From positions 14,396 through 78,395 of the forward strand of contig WHTN01000003.1 of the NCBI GenBank assembly GCA_009377715.1: a stretch of 64,000 nucleotides of DNA, written 5' to 3'. This document shows positions 28,825-38,125 of the stretch, piece by piece; position 1 is the first letter of the stretch; each line of letters starts with the position of its first letter. Below the pieces are notes generated by a model that worked only from the letters and a program-made list of their open reading frames with translations, made no database searches and was not told where the DNA came from. Source of the DNA: Dehalococcoidia bacterium (lineage in GTDB: Bacteria > Chloroflexota > Dehalococcoidia > SM23-28-2 > WHTN01). The translations under genes were made by a program, and so were the position numbers.

Positions 28825-29247
28825 CTAGCGGGGCGGATCACGGCGATCGAGCGGCACAACGTTTACGGGCCTGTTCTGCACCTCGTTATCGTTGGCCTTA
28901 CTTTCGCGATCCCTACCAGGCTCTTCTTGGATCGCCCGGTTGACTTCGGATGCCGAACGGTCGATATCTTCTTCTATCGTTTTCGCTTCGCTTTCGATCA
29001 CTGCGGAGGCCTCGCCAACGCTCTTCCGAGTTTCTTCGGCCTCTTTCTTCATCGCTTCGTACTCCGCTTCGAGGTCTGCCAGTTCTTCGCTGACCTGGGA
29101 AGTTACTTCAGCGGCGTATCGCCGGACAGTCCTCACGGTGCGGCCGATTTGAGCAGCTGTCTCAGGCAGGCGGTGCGGTCCTACTACCAGCAGGGCAACT
29201 AGCAGGACTAACAGAAGCTCAAGAACACCGACGCCAAAAAAGTTCAC
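28825..29247 (-). CDS. tatA: Twin-arginine translocase TatA/TatB family protein
   Basis: MNFFGVGVLELLLVLLVALLVVGPHRLPE with a conserved hinge, then a charged coiled tail (TatB-like length). Confidence 0.75.
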   Translation of the reverse strand: MNFFGVGVLELLLVLLVALLVVGPHRLPETAAQIGRTVRTVRRYAAEVTSQVSEELADLEAEYEAMKKEAEETRKSVGEASAVIESEAKTIEEDIDRSASEVNRAIQEEPGRDRESKANDNEVQNRPVNVVPLDRRDPPR

Positions 29248-29336
29248 CCAGCCGCCTCCACGTCCAACATCCCGATCACATGGATATTATACCGCAGCTC
29301 TTCGTTATGATCGTTGGCCCAGCCAGTTTGCGGCTG

Positions 29337-29603
29337 TTAGGCCTCTTCGTCCTCTATGCCGTGCTCTTCGATGTAGTTCACGGCGTCCTGGACGGTTACG
29401 ATCTTCTCGGCGTCCTCGTCGGAGATCTCAACTGTGCGGCCTTCTTGGCTAAACTCTTCTTCGAGCGACATGATCAGCTCTACCAGGTCCAGAGAATCAG
29501 CGTTCAGGTCATCTACGAACGAAGTCGCGGGCTTAATTTCATCCTCCTCGACTCCTAATTGCTCACTGATTATCTTCCTGACTCGTTCAAAAACTGTGGC
29601 CAA
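29337..29603 (-). CDS. acpP: Acyl carrier protein
   Basis: DSL phosphopantetheine attachment motif ([19 protein letters not shown]). Confidence 0.8.
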   Translation of the reverse strand: MATVFERVRKIISEQLGVEEDEIKPATSFVDDLNADSLDLVELIMSLEEEFSQEGRTVEISDEDAEKIVTVQDAVNYIEEHGIEDEEA

Positions 29604-29619
29604 TTTTGCACCCCGTTCT

Positions 29620-30063
29620 CTATGAGTCTCTTACCTCTTGTTTCTTTGCCTGCTTCTCTTCGGCCATAGCGGCGACGGATCCTAAGACCCCATTTACAAA
29701 CTTGGCGGAGTTATCCCCGCCAAAGGTCTTAGCCAGTTCTACTGCCTCGTTTATCGCTACTGGCACTGGCACCATATTATCTACGATGATTTCGTAGACA
29801 GCAAGCCTGAGGATGTTGCGGTCAATGGCTGCTACCTGGTCTAAGGGCCAGGCCGGCGCAGAGTCCGTTATTATACTGTCGATCGTCTCTTTCTCAGTGA
29901 TTACCCCATAAACTAATTGCCTCGCGAATTCTGCTCCTTCTTCGTCTAAAGACATCTCCTTGGCGAGACGTTGCAGTACGTTTATCGGTTTGTGTTCGGT
30001 AATATCGGCTTCGTATAGGGTTTGTAGCGCTGCTTTTCTGGCTGGACGTCTGCCTTTAACCAT
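29620..30063 (-). CDS. nusB: Transcription antitermination factor NusB
   Basis: [18 protein letters not shown]-terminus and [27 protein letters not shown]-terminal motif. Confidence 0.8.
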   Translation of the reverse strand: MVKGRRPARKAALQTLYEADITEHKPINVLQRLAKEMSLDEEGAEFARQLVYGVITEKETIDSIITDSAPAWPLDQVAAIDRNILRLAVYEIIVDNMVPVPVAINEAVELAKTFGGDNSAKFVNGVLGSVAAMAEEKQAKKQEVRDS

Positions 30064-30066
30064 AAC

Positions 30067-30813
30067 TTAAGCGCCTATACCGCCGTCCAGCACTAAGACG
30101 TGCCCCGTGATGTAGGCCGCTTCGGCAGACGCAAGAAACACCGCCGCCGCTGCCACCTCCTCCGCTTTAGCCGGCCGGCCGAGCGCTACCTGGCGTAGCA
30201 GGTGAGCACGGGCTTCCTTCGGTAAATCGCTGGTGAGGTCTGTGTCCACCAGGCCGGGTGCAATGGCGTTCACGGTGATGCCGCGAGATCCCATCTCACG
30301 CGCTACAGCTTTCGTCAAGCCGACCATGCCGGCCTTTGCGGCAGAGTAATTAGCCTGTCCTGCGTTTCCCAACAGGCCACTTACGCTGGTAATGTTGATA
30401 ATACGACCCCACCTTTGTTTCATCATGGGCCTGAGTACTGCCTTCGTGCACACGAATGTACTACGAAGGTCGGTGGTGATAACATCATCCCAGTCCTTTT
30501 CCGACATCCGTAGCACCAGGCCGTCTCTGGTTATTCCAGCATTGTTTACGAGGATGTGCACCGCGCCGAACGCCTTCTGCGTCGCAGCTACGAGCCGCAT
30601 CGCGTCGCGTGAAGTGCTTACGTCGCCTTGAACCAAAATACTGCGTCCGCCCGCATCCTCTATCTCGCCAGCGACGCTCTCGGCCTGTTCGGTGTTCTGT
30701 TTGTAGTTTATCGCTATGTCCGCGCCACATTGGGCCAGCGTTACGGCTACCGCTCTGCCGATACCTCGCGACGCTCCGGTCACTATGGCGACTTTGCCGG
30801 TCAGTTCGAACAT
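30067..30813 (-). CDS. fabG: 3-oxoacyl-ACP reductase
   Basis: TGASRGIGRAVA NAD(P)-binding motif and YSAAKAG catalytic motif. Confidence 0.85.
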   Translation of the reverse strand: MFELTGKVAIVTGASRGIGRAVAVTLAQCGADIAINYKQNTEQAESVAGEIEDAGGRSILVQGDVSTSRDAMRLVAATQKAFGAVHILVNNAGITRDGLVLRMSEKDWDDVITTDLRSTFVCTKAVLRPMMKQRWGRIINITSVSGLLGNAGQANYSAAKAGMVGLTKAVAREMGSRGITVNAIAPGLVDTDLTSDLPKEARAHLLRQVALGRPAKAEEVAAAAVFLASAEAAYITGHVLVLDGGIGA

Positions 30814-30814
30814 T

Positions 30815-31777
30815 CTATTTCTTGCCTTGATCGCGTATAGAGCTCTCGGTGTTGAGGTTCATGGTGCGGACATTACTAGCGATGCGTTTAGTGAGGCCGG
30901 TGAGGACGTTCCCCGGCCCTATCTCTACTATCGTGTTGATTTTCTGCTCCGTCATATACAACACTGAGCGTTGCCAGTGTACGGGAGCGCAGATCTGCCT
31001 CAGCGACTCGTCTTTAAGCTCCCTCGCCGTTGTGAGCGGCTTTGCCGTAGTGTTGGCGATGATCGGTACTTCTGGGTCTTCGAAAGGCGCCTCGGAGAGG
31101 ACCTCGGCGAATTTCTCTGCAGCGGGTTTCATCAAGCTGGAATGAAAAGCTCCGTTAACGTTTAGGGGAATCACCCGGTTAGCGCCTCTCGCTTTCGCCA
31201 TCTCCATTGCCCGCACTACGGCTTCCTTGGTGCCGCCAATAATGATCTGGTTTGGGCTGTTCAGGTTGCATATTTCCGAGCCGGCCTGCAAGCAGACCTC
31301 CTCAACGGCGCTCTCCTCAAGGCCTATTATCGCTGCCATTGTCCCTGGATTGGCCGCGCCGGCCTCCTGCATAAGTCGACCACGCTCGTGGACTAACCGA
31401 ACCCCCTCATCGAAGTCCAGAGCATTGGCTGCTACCATAGCCGTAAATTCTCCCAGACTATGTCCCGCCATGTAAACGGGCCCGCCATCTAGACACCCCG
31501 ATTCGGCAGCGGCCGCCAGGCAGGCGATGCTTGTAGTCAAAATGGCGGGCTGGGCATTTATCGTTTGCCGCAGTTCTTCGGCCGGGCCGTAGAAGCATAG
31601 ACTAGTTAAGTTAAAGCCAAGCGCCTGATCGGCTTGATCGAAGACTTCTCTGGCAGAGGAGAAAGAATCATAAAGGTCTCGCCCCATTCCAACCTCTTGC
31701 GATCCCTGACCAGGAAAAACCCAGGCCCGCTCCCGGCGCCGCGAGCTTTTTAGAGACAACAGCCTTTGATACCACAT
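30815..31777 (-). CDS. fabD: Malonyl CoA-ACP transacylase
   Basis: FPGQGSQ and GHSLGE active-site Ser motifs. Start placed at MWYQ rather than the longer upstream extension. Confidence 0.85.
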   Translation of the reverse strand: MWYQRLLSLKSSRRRERAWVFPGQGSQEVGMGRDLYDSFSSAREVFDQADQALGFNLTSLCFYGPAEELRQTINAQPAILTTSIACLAAAAESGCLDGGPVYMAGHSLGEFTAMVAANALDFDEGVRLVHERGRLMQEAGAANPGTMAAIIGLEESAVEEVCLQAGSEICNLNSPNQIIIGGTKEAVVRAMEMAKARGANRVIPLNVNGAFHSSLMKPAAEKFAEVLSEAPFEDPEVPIIANTTAKPLTTARELKDESLRQICAPVHWQRSVLYMTEQKINTIVEIGPGNVLTGLTKRIASNVRTMNLNTESSIRDQGKK

Positions 31778-31842
31778 CTCTCCTCGTTTGGGCCAAAAGG
31801 ATCGCCGAGAGTATAGCAAAAACAGCCTTGTCGGAGAAGGCC

Positions 31843-32043
31843 TTACGCGTTGGGGCGGCGCCTCTCTTCGACCGACAAGACCTCGCGGCCTTGGTAGAAG
31901 CCGCAAACAGGGCAAACGTGATGCGGACGGCGTGGACTACGACATTGGGGACACGGTACTAGCTCCGGTAAATTGAAAACGATATGACTACGCCGCCAGT
32001 TGCGGCGCGCTTTCGAATGCTTCTTCTTTGGCAGTGGAGGCAA
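31843..32043 (-). CDS. rpmF: 50S ribosomal protein L32
   Basis: KKKHSKARRNWRRSH and CPQCRSPRRPHHVCPVCGFYQGREV Zn-ribbon. Confidence 0.8.
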   Translation of the reverse strand: MPPLPKKKHSKARRNWRRSHIVFNLPELVPCPQCRSPRRPHHVCPVCGFYQGREVLSVEERRRPNA

Positions 32044-32045
32044 CT

Positions 32046-32588
32046 CTAACTCCCTTCTTCTCGCTTTAGCTCGACTGCTAAGCCAGCGAGGGACGCCCAG
32101 CGGGCATCAACCTCGGTTTTTGGACAATCGCAGGGCCCCAAATTAAGATCCGCGCCGCAGTTTGGGCATAGGCCCGCGCAGCCCGGCTGGCACAGCGGCT
32201 GAATCGGCTGCACCATCAAGCTATACTGACGTATAGCTTCCGTTAGGTCAAGCGTCTGCCGGTGGTCGATGGGAAAGCTCTCGCTCGCGTCTGTCGCCGG
32301 GAGCTTCGCTCCGGTTACGACATCCACGGTGGGCAGATACTCTTCCTTGAAAACCACTTTGGCTGACGTTTCGAGAGGCTTAAGACAGCGGCTGCACGTC
32401 TGCCGCAGCTTAAGCCTCAGATTTACCGAGACGAGAAGGCCTTCGTCGATCCGCAAGAAATTTACGGAGCCCTCAACGTCGTCTACAACCGGCGCTTCGC
32501 CGCCGAGGCCTGTGACACGTTCGGAAAGATCGTACCGGGTGTTGGAGCCGACGGGCTGTCTTAAGTTTTGAGTGACGTCAAATCGCAT
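32046..32588 (-). CDS. YceD/DUF177 family protein (large-subunit rRNA accumulation)
   Basis: Conserved synteny upstream of rpmF. C-terminal CxxC...CxxC pair. Confidence 0.7.
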   Translation of the reverse strand: MRFDVTQNLRQPVGSNTRYDLSERVTGLGGEAPVVDDVEGSVNFLRIDEGLLVSVNLRLKLRQTCSRCLKPLETSAKVVFKEEYLPTVDVVTGAKLPATDASESFPIDHRQTLDLTEAIRQYSLMVQPIQPLCQPGCAGLCPNCGADLNLGPCDCPKTEVDARWASLAGLAVELKREEGS

Positions 32589-32745
32589 CGTCTAAAAAAC
32601 CTTCCTTAAATGGTTTTTTAGTTCACATAACCACCTTGCCAAGCGTCTAACCTAAGTCTATAATCCACCCGCACAGATGTCCAGCCGATCAAGACCATGT
32701 TTGATACCTATCCCTTCCGGGCTCTTAAACTAGCTAAGTAATTGG

Positions 32746-33447
32746 ATGAGCAGAGTAAGCGATCTTTACCAGCTTCAGGAGACAGACTTGGCGATAGATG
32801 TAGCGACCGCTTCTCTGACCGATATAGAGGAGCGCCTGAGCCACGACGAAGAGGTGGTGGCTGCTAGAGAAGCTGTTGCGTACCTGGAACAGCGCCTTGC
32901 CCATCTCCGCCGGCAGCAGCGAGACGTCGATCTTGACGCGGAAGACCTACGCCGACGGGTGAAAGCGGCTGAGGATAAGCTTTACGGTGGTTCTGTGCGT
33001 AACCCGCGTGAACTTGAGGACTTACAGAAGGATATTCAAGCTCTGACCCACCAGCTTAGGGGGCGTGAGGATGAAGTCCTTGGCCTGATGATGCAGGCAG
33101 AGGAAACGAACGGCGAGTTGGAGAACGCCAAAAGGCAGCTATCTGAGCTTGAAGCCCAGTGGACTGCCCAACATGAGGAACTACTACGCCAGCAGCAGGC
33201 GGTCCGATCGGAACTAGTAACTTTGGAGCAGCAGCGTGTCGGTCAGCTTCCCCGAGTAGACGCGCCTTCGATGTCGCTTTACTCTTCCTTACGCAAGACG
33301 CGACAAGGCAGGGCCGTGGCTCGTGTGCAGCAGGGGATGTGTCAGGGCTGCCGTATAGCGCTCCCTATGACGGTGCTTCAAAAAGCTAGACCCGGCATAG
33401 AACTCGTTCAATGCCCGAGCTGCGAGCGTATCTTATTCGTGAGCTAA
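32746..33447 (+). CDS. COG1579 zinc-ribbon coiled-coil protein (DUF164)
   Basis: Long coiled coil followed by a C4 zinc ribbon (CQGCRIALP...CPSCERILF). Confidence 0.7.
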   Translation: MSRVSDLYQLQETDLAIDVATASLTDIEERLSHDEEVVAAREAVAYLEQRLAHLRRQQRDVDLDAEDLRRRVKAAEDKLYGGSVRNPRELEDLQKDIQALTHQLRGREDEVLGLMMQAEETNGELENAKRQLSELEAQWTAQHEELLRQQQAVRSELVTLEQQRVGQLPRVDAPSMSLYSSLRKTRQGRAVARVQQGMCQGCRIALPMTVLQKARPGIELVQCPSCERILFVS

Positions 33448-33449
33448 CC

Positions 33450-34862
33450 ATGCAAGCGATCGGTTATTTTTACGTCCCAGAGGGGGGCGGCGATGCTCTG
33501 GCTGAGCGCCAGCACGAATTCGCTGCCTTCTGCAAAAAACAGGGCTATGAGATGGCAGCTACTTTCCTCGACGTATCAGGGCGCAATGGCGATATGTCGG
33601 GTTATACCCAGCTACTGGCCTTTCTTAAGCGGCCAGAGCGAGGCATGGTGGTTGTCGTCGTACCCTCACCTGGCGACCTCGGCCGGACGCCGCGCGAGAT
33701 AATGCGGTCCTACTTCGATCTCGACTCGCTTGGCGTAAACGTCGTTTGCCTTGATGGCACCCCCGATCTCGCGCGTGCCGTACTGGCCGCCTGGCCGACC
33801 TTACAGAACGGTCAGGATGCTGGCGAGAAGGTGCGCGATGCCATGCGCCGCAAGGCAATTAAAGGCGAGGTGTTGGGTCGCGCCGCTTATGGCTACAAGT
33901 CCGGCGCACGGCGTCGCTTGCAAATAGTGCCGGCGGAGGCAGCCGTTGTCCGTTACATCTTCCGGCTTTATCTCCGCGACGGCTTGGGAATACGTCTAAT
34001 CGCCCGCCACTTGAATGAAGAAGGCTTCCACACCCGGCGCGGCGGCCTTTGGAGCATGGTCGGTGTGCGCGACATTCTACGGAACCGGGTATATCTCGGC
34101 ACGTACAGCCGGCTCGGCGTGCGCGTTCCCTATAGCCACCCGGCGATCATCTCCCAGGACGACTTCCGTCGGGTGCAGGAGCGTCTGAACTCGAGGCGTC
34201 CTAGCAGCACGAACCGTGAGACGGCGCTTTTCCTGCTTTCAGGGCTGCTGTATTGCGGATCCTGCGGCAACAAGATGACCGGTGTTACTCGCCGTCAGCG
34301 CTGGCAGCGCAGCGGCGACGGCGGCGAGAGAAGCGCCATGTACCGCTATTATCAGTGCCAGTCACGCATCAATCAGAGCGTATGTAGTTACCGTACACAC
34401 AGGGCAAACGACCTAGAGGAAGCGGTCAGACAGGCGCTTTTAGGAAAGCGTGGCACGGTGGTCGAAGCGATGCCCCAGGCTGGCGATGCTGAGGCAGCTC
34501 TGCACGAAGCGCAAAAGCGATGCGACCAGCTTAAGACTAAGATGGCCCGGCTCGAAAAAAGGCTTGAGACCTATTTGGAGGCAGCCGCCACGGGTAGGGT
34601 AAGCTACGAGCGCCTCCGTAATCTGGGGTCATCTATGGCTGAACAGCGCTTGGTCTTGCTCGAAAGCCTGGAAGAAGCGCAGCAACAAGCGCAAAGGCAG
34701 TCCACAGCGGCTGAACGCCTGAAGAAGCGTTCCGAAGCGCTCGTCCAGTTGACCGGGGAATGGGACTACATGACCCCAGTCCAACGTCAGGCGCTTTTAA
34801 GAGACCTGGTCGACCGGATCACGGCGGAAGAGGGCGACATAAAAGTAACCTTGAGCCATTGA
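33450..34862 (+). CDS. Large serine recombinase homolog with a degenerate catalytic motif (predicted inactive)
   Basis: Full domain architecture: resolvase-like N-domain, recombinase domain, zinc ribbon (CGSCGN...YQCQSR...CS) and C-terminal coiled coil. Where the YxRVS nucleophile motif should be, the protein reads IGYFYVPEGGGD (Arg to Tyr, Ser to Pro). Confidence 0.7.
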   Translation: MQAIGYFYVPEGGGDALAERQHEFAAFCKKQGYEMAATFLDVSGRNGDMSGYTQLLAFLKRPERGMVVVVVPSPGDLGRTPREIMRSYFDLDSLGVNVVCLDGTPDLARAVLAAWPTLQNGQDAGEKVRDAMRRKAIKGEVLGRAAYGYKSGARRRLQIVPAEAAVVRYIFRLYLRDGLGIRLIARHLNEEGFHTRRGGLWSMVGVRDILRNRVYLGTYSRLGVRVPYSHPAIISQDDFRRVQERLNSRRPSSTNRETALFLLSGLLYCGSCGNKMTGVTRRQRWQRSGDGGERSAMYRYYQCQSRINQSVCSYRTHRANDLEEAVRQALLGKRGTVVEAMPQAGDAEAALHEAQKRCDQLKTKMARLEKRLETYLEAAATGRVSYERLRNLGSSMAEQRLVLLESLEEAQQQAQRQSTAAERLKKRSEALVQLTGEWDYMTPVQRQALLRDLVDRITAEEGDIKVTLSH

Positions 34863-34869
34863 CGTTCCA

Positions 34870-35295
34870 GTGGTAACAGAGCGCTGTTGGACCGTCTATG
34901 CCGATGGCGCCTCCCGCGGCAATCCCGGCCCAAGTTCTATCGGCGCGGTCGTCTTCGACCACGACCAAACTAAAGTGCACGAGGTCTCCCGCCGCATAGG
35001 CCGTGGCACTAACAACGAGGCCGAGTATAAGGCTGCCATCGCCGGGCTTGAAGCGGCCCTAGCGCTCGGCGCGCCGTGCATAAAGCTGTACATGGACTCC
35101 GAACTTGTCGTTCGCCAGTTGCAGGGCCGTTATCGAGTGCGAAATCCCAGACTTCAGCCCTTGTGGGGACGTATTGCTGACCTGAGGCGTCGCTTCGGTT
35201 CGTTTCAGGCCGTACACGTGCCGCGAACTCAGAACCAGTTAGCGGATGCTCTTGCCAACCGCGCGTTCACCCAAGCCGACGCCGACGTGACATAG
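34870..35295 (+). CDS. rnhA: Ribonuclease HI
   Basis: GTG start. DGASRGNPGP...NNEAEYKA...D...QN pattern of the RNase H catalytic DEDD residues. Confidence 0.75.
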   Translation: MVTERCWTVYADGASRGNPGPSSIGAVVFDHDQTKVHEVSRRIGRGTNNEAEYKAAIAGLEAALALGAPCIKLYMDSELVVRQLQGRYRVRNPRLQPLWGRIADLRRRFGSFQAVHVPRTQNQLADALANRAFTQADADVT

Positions 35296-35311
35296 CTGAT
35301 ATAATATGGTC

Positions 35312-35668
35312 TGGGCCCAGGAGGCTGGGTAGCTGCGGTCGTCGATGGCGACTCAGGAAAGTCCGAGCTCCACCGGACAGCATGCTGGGTAACGCCCAGG
35401 CGGGGTGACCCGACGGAAAGTGCCACAGAAACCATACCGCTCGCCTTAGCGAGTAAGGGTGAAAAGGTGCGGTAAGAGCGCACCAGCGGCCGGGCGACCG
35501 GCCGGCTGGGCAAACCCCATGCGGAGCAAGGCCAAATAGGAGGGCTTAGGTGTCCGGCCCGCCCTCGGGTTGGCTGCTTGAGGCAGTGGGTAACCGCTGT
35601 CCTAGACTAATGGCTACCGTTCGCTTCGGCGGACACAGAACTCGGCTTATAGGCCTGCTGGACCCTCA
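35312..35668 (+). ncRNA. rnpB: RNase P RNA, bacterial type A
   Basis: GGAAAGTCCGAGCTCC (P4), GTGCCACAGAAA, AAGGGTGAAAAGGTGCGGTAAGAGCGCACC, CAAGGCCAAATAGG and the ACAGAACTCGGCTTATAGG 3' region. Ends ~15 nt before a strong terminator. Confidence 0.85.
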
Positions 35669-35676
35669 ACGACGAT

Positions 35677-35709
35677 TAGCGCGCCGCTAGCGGCGCGCTT
35701 TTCTTTTGC
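35677..35709 (+). terminator. Rho-independent terminator after rnpB (GCGCGCCGCTAGCGGCGCGC-TTTTCTTTT)
   Basis: GC-rich 9-bp stem followed by a T-tract. Confidence 0.7.
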
Positions 35710-35719
35710 AGCTTGGTAT

Positions 35720-35893
35720 GTCATCCTGGGCCCTTCGGTAGACTCAGGATGAACCCCGCGAAGGATCTATTTTTGCACCGCGTAAGCTCAGCGAAGAACC
35801 CGACATAACTCATAGCAGCCTAGTTTAATCTGTTTCGAATCCGTTGACACATCGATGATGATCTTCTCCGCTCACCCTGAGCCTGTCGAAGGG
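35720..35893. repeat. Family-B (GTCATCCTGGGCCCTTCGGTAGACTCAGGATGAACCCCGCGAAGGATC) plus family-A (CCGCTCACCCTGAGCCTGTCGAAGGG) repeat copies
   Basis: Same modules as at 9722 and 52623. Confidence 0.6.
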
Positions 35894-35908
35894 CGTTGAT
35901 TTTGTAGA

Positions 35909-36601
35909 ATGAATACGACCACCAACATCCGCGATAACCCGCTCGAAGCGATCGCTGCCATAAAAGCTGCCGATCCTGTAATGGCTGCCGTGATCGACCA
36001 GGTCGGCCCATTCGACCTAGGCGCGCGTCGCCCGCCGTTTATGGCCTTAGCAAGAGCCATTGTCTTCCAGCAGCTAGCGACTAAGGCCGCCGCTGCCATC
36101 CTAGCGAGAGTCCTTGCTCTGTACGGTGGTGAATTTCCAACGCCGAAGCAGCTTTTAGCCACGCCCGACATCGAACTGCGCCGTGCGGGGCTATCCGGAC
36201 GCAAGGTGGAGTACCTCAAGGGCCTGGCGTCCGCGTTTTTAAATGGTCTAGTCGATGAGGCCCTCCTCGACTCGCTCACCGACGAAGAGATCGTGTTGCA
36301 GCTAACTCAGCTCAGGGGTATCGACCGCTGGTCAGCGGAGATGTTCTTGCTCTTTTGCCTCGGCCGTCCGAATGTATTGCCGCTAGGCGACCTCGGCCTT
36401 CGCCAGGCCGTCGGCCGCTTGTACGGCCTCGGCTCCTCGCCGACGGATGACGAGATTCGTTCGCTTGCCGAGCGCTGGCAGCCGTACTGTAGCGTCGCTA
36501 CGTGGTACATGTGGCGCAGCCAGTTCACCGTAGCGTTGACGATATGGACGAGCGATCCAGAGAAGGGCGATCCGTCATCGGATGGACAAAAAATGGATTA
36601 A
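35909..36601 (+). CDS. DNA-3-methyladenine glycosylase II-like (HhH-GPD family, AlkA type)
   Basis: HhH motif (LTQLRGIDRWSAEMFLLFCLGRPNVLPLGD) and WYMWRS C-terminal motif. Confidence 0.7.
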   Translation: MNTTTNIRDNPLEAIAAIKAADPVMAAVIDQVGPFDLGARRPPFMALARAIVFQQLATKAAAAILARVLALYGGEFPTPKQLLATPDIELRRAGLSGRKVEYLKGLASAFLNGLVDEALLDSLTDEEIVLQLTQLRGIDRWSAEMFLLFCLGRPNVLPLGDLGLRQAVGRLYGLGSSPTDDEIRSLAERWQPYCSVATWYMWRSQFTVALTIWTSDPEKGDPSSDGQKMD

Positions 36602-36672
36602 CAGATAGCCTGATAAAAACGTATCCGTTAATCCGTTTATGGAATCCGTTGTCAGATGCTTGTGAGGTAGAA

Positions 36673-37626
36673 GTGGCTCTCTTCATCACCGAAAACGAAG
36701 TTAAATCCCTCCTGACCATGGATATCGCGCTGGAGGCCGTAGAGTCGGCCGCGCGTGAGAACGCCAACGAAGGGGCGCTCAACAGCCCGCGTCGTCGCCT
36801 CGCGGCGAGCGGCCGCTCGCTGCAGATGATGCCGGCGGCCATCCCGGCCTGGGGTGTCATCGGCTATAAGAGCTACCTAGGCGGTGGTGGAGGCGCCTAC
36901 TTCCTGGTCTTCCTCTATAGCCTGGAGTCCGGGAAGATACTCGCCGCGATCGAGGGCAACAAGATGGGCCAGATGCGCACCGGCGCGGCAAGTGGCGTCG
37001 CGACCAAGTACATGGCACGCCCCGAAGCGAAGAGGGTTGGCATCATCGGCTCCGGTTATCAGGCGCGCTCGCAGTTAGAGGCCGTCTGCGCAGTGCGTCC
37101 CATCGAGATCGTCCGGGTCTACAGCCGCGCGGAAGAGAAACGTCGTGCCTTCGCCGACGAAATGGGTAATGCGCTAAGCGTTGCCATCGAGCCAGCCGAG
37201 AGGCCACAGACTGCTGTGAGTGACGCTGACATCTTTATCGTCGCGACGAATACGAGCGAGCCGGTGCTTTTCGGCGAATGGCTACCCCCGGGCACGCACG
37301 TCAACGCCGTTGGTGCCAACTCTATCCCCCGCCGCGAACTCGACGACGAAGTAGCGCTTCTTAGCGGCACCATCGTTGTAGAGTCGCTAGAGCAAGCCAA
37401 GCTCGAGGCGGCAGACCTACTCAGCCCCATCGAGCGTGGCAACTTAAGTTGGGACCGCGTGACCGAGCTTAAAGACGTAGTTTCCGGCCGAGCGCTGGGC
37501 CGGCAAGACGCCAACGAGATCACGCTGTTCAAGTCGCTTGGCATCGCTTTGTGGGACATAGCGGCTGGCTACCGTGTCTACGAATTGGCGAAAGCATCGG
37601 GTATCGGGCGGGAGTTGCCGTTCTAA
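36673..37626 (+). CDS. Ornithine cyclodeaminase/mu-crystallin family protein
   Basis: GTG start with an upstream GAGG. ...ITENEVKSLLTMDIALEAVE N-terminus and GIIGSGYQARSQLEA Rossmann motif. Confidence 0.75.
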   Translation: MALFITENEVKSLLTMDIALEAVESAARENANEGALNSPRRRLAASGRSLQMMPAAIPAWGVIGYKSYLGGGGGAYFLVFLYSLESGKILAAIEGNKMGQMRTGAASGVATKYMARPEAKRVGIIGSGYQARSQLEAVCAVRPIEIVRVYSRAEEKRRAFADEMGNALSVAIEPAERPQTAVSDADIFIVATNTSEPVLFGEWLPPGTHVNAVGANSIPRRELDDEVALLSGTIVVESLEQAKLEAADLLSPIERGNLSWDRVTELKDVVSGRALGRQDANEITLFKSLGIALWDIAAGYRVYELAKASGIGRELPF

Positions 37627-37644
37627 TATATGCACAGAGGGACC

Positions 37645-38125
37645 AATGGCTACAGCGGACGAAAACGAAGATCAAAAGAATATTCTTATAGAGCTTGATC
37701 TATTCGCTAACGGTATTGATTTCATTCTGACTGGCATAGATGGACTCTTTGAAGATAGCCTTGAACTACGATTCTACCCAAGCCCTTTGGAAAGGTCGTT
37801 AAGGAGTTATAAATACGGCATTCTTCATTTATTTTCAGGCTTTCTTTTGTTACTTAAAGAGCGACTACGCCGACACTTGGAAGAAATGATTTTTAAAGGA
37901 AGCGTTAACGAAGTTAGGGCAAAGCTTAAGGGCGATAGAATTCCCAACACAATCGATTTGGATGAGGCTCTAGATCGAATGGAGATGGGGCCACGTGTGA
38001 CATTCTCAGAATCTGAGTTAAAGACCATACGTAGGATGCAGGATCTTAGAACAAATTTGAACACTATAAATTCTCAGCTAACCGCTTTGAGATCTGGTCC
38101 GAAGTTTCAGACTTTTTGTCCCTGA
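37645..38125 (+). CDS. Hypothetical protein in the low-GC island (160 aa)
   Basis: About 42% GC against a ~60% background. No recognisable family. Confidence 0.4.

Noticed and set aside
35229-35513. 94-aa ORF on the minus strand
   Set aside because: It lies entirely within the RNase P RNA gene (strong conserved rnpB motifs on the plus strand). It is a spurious antisense ORF.
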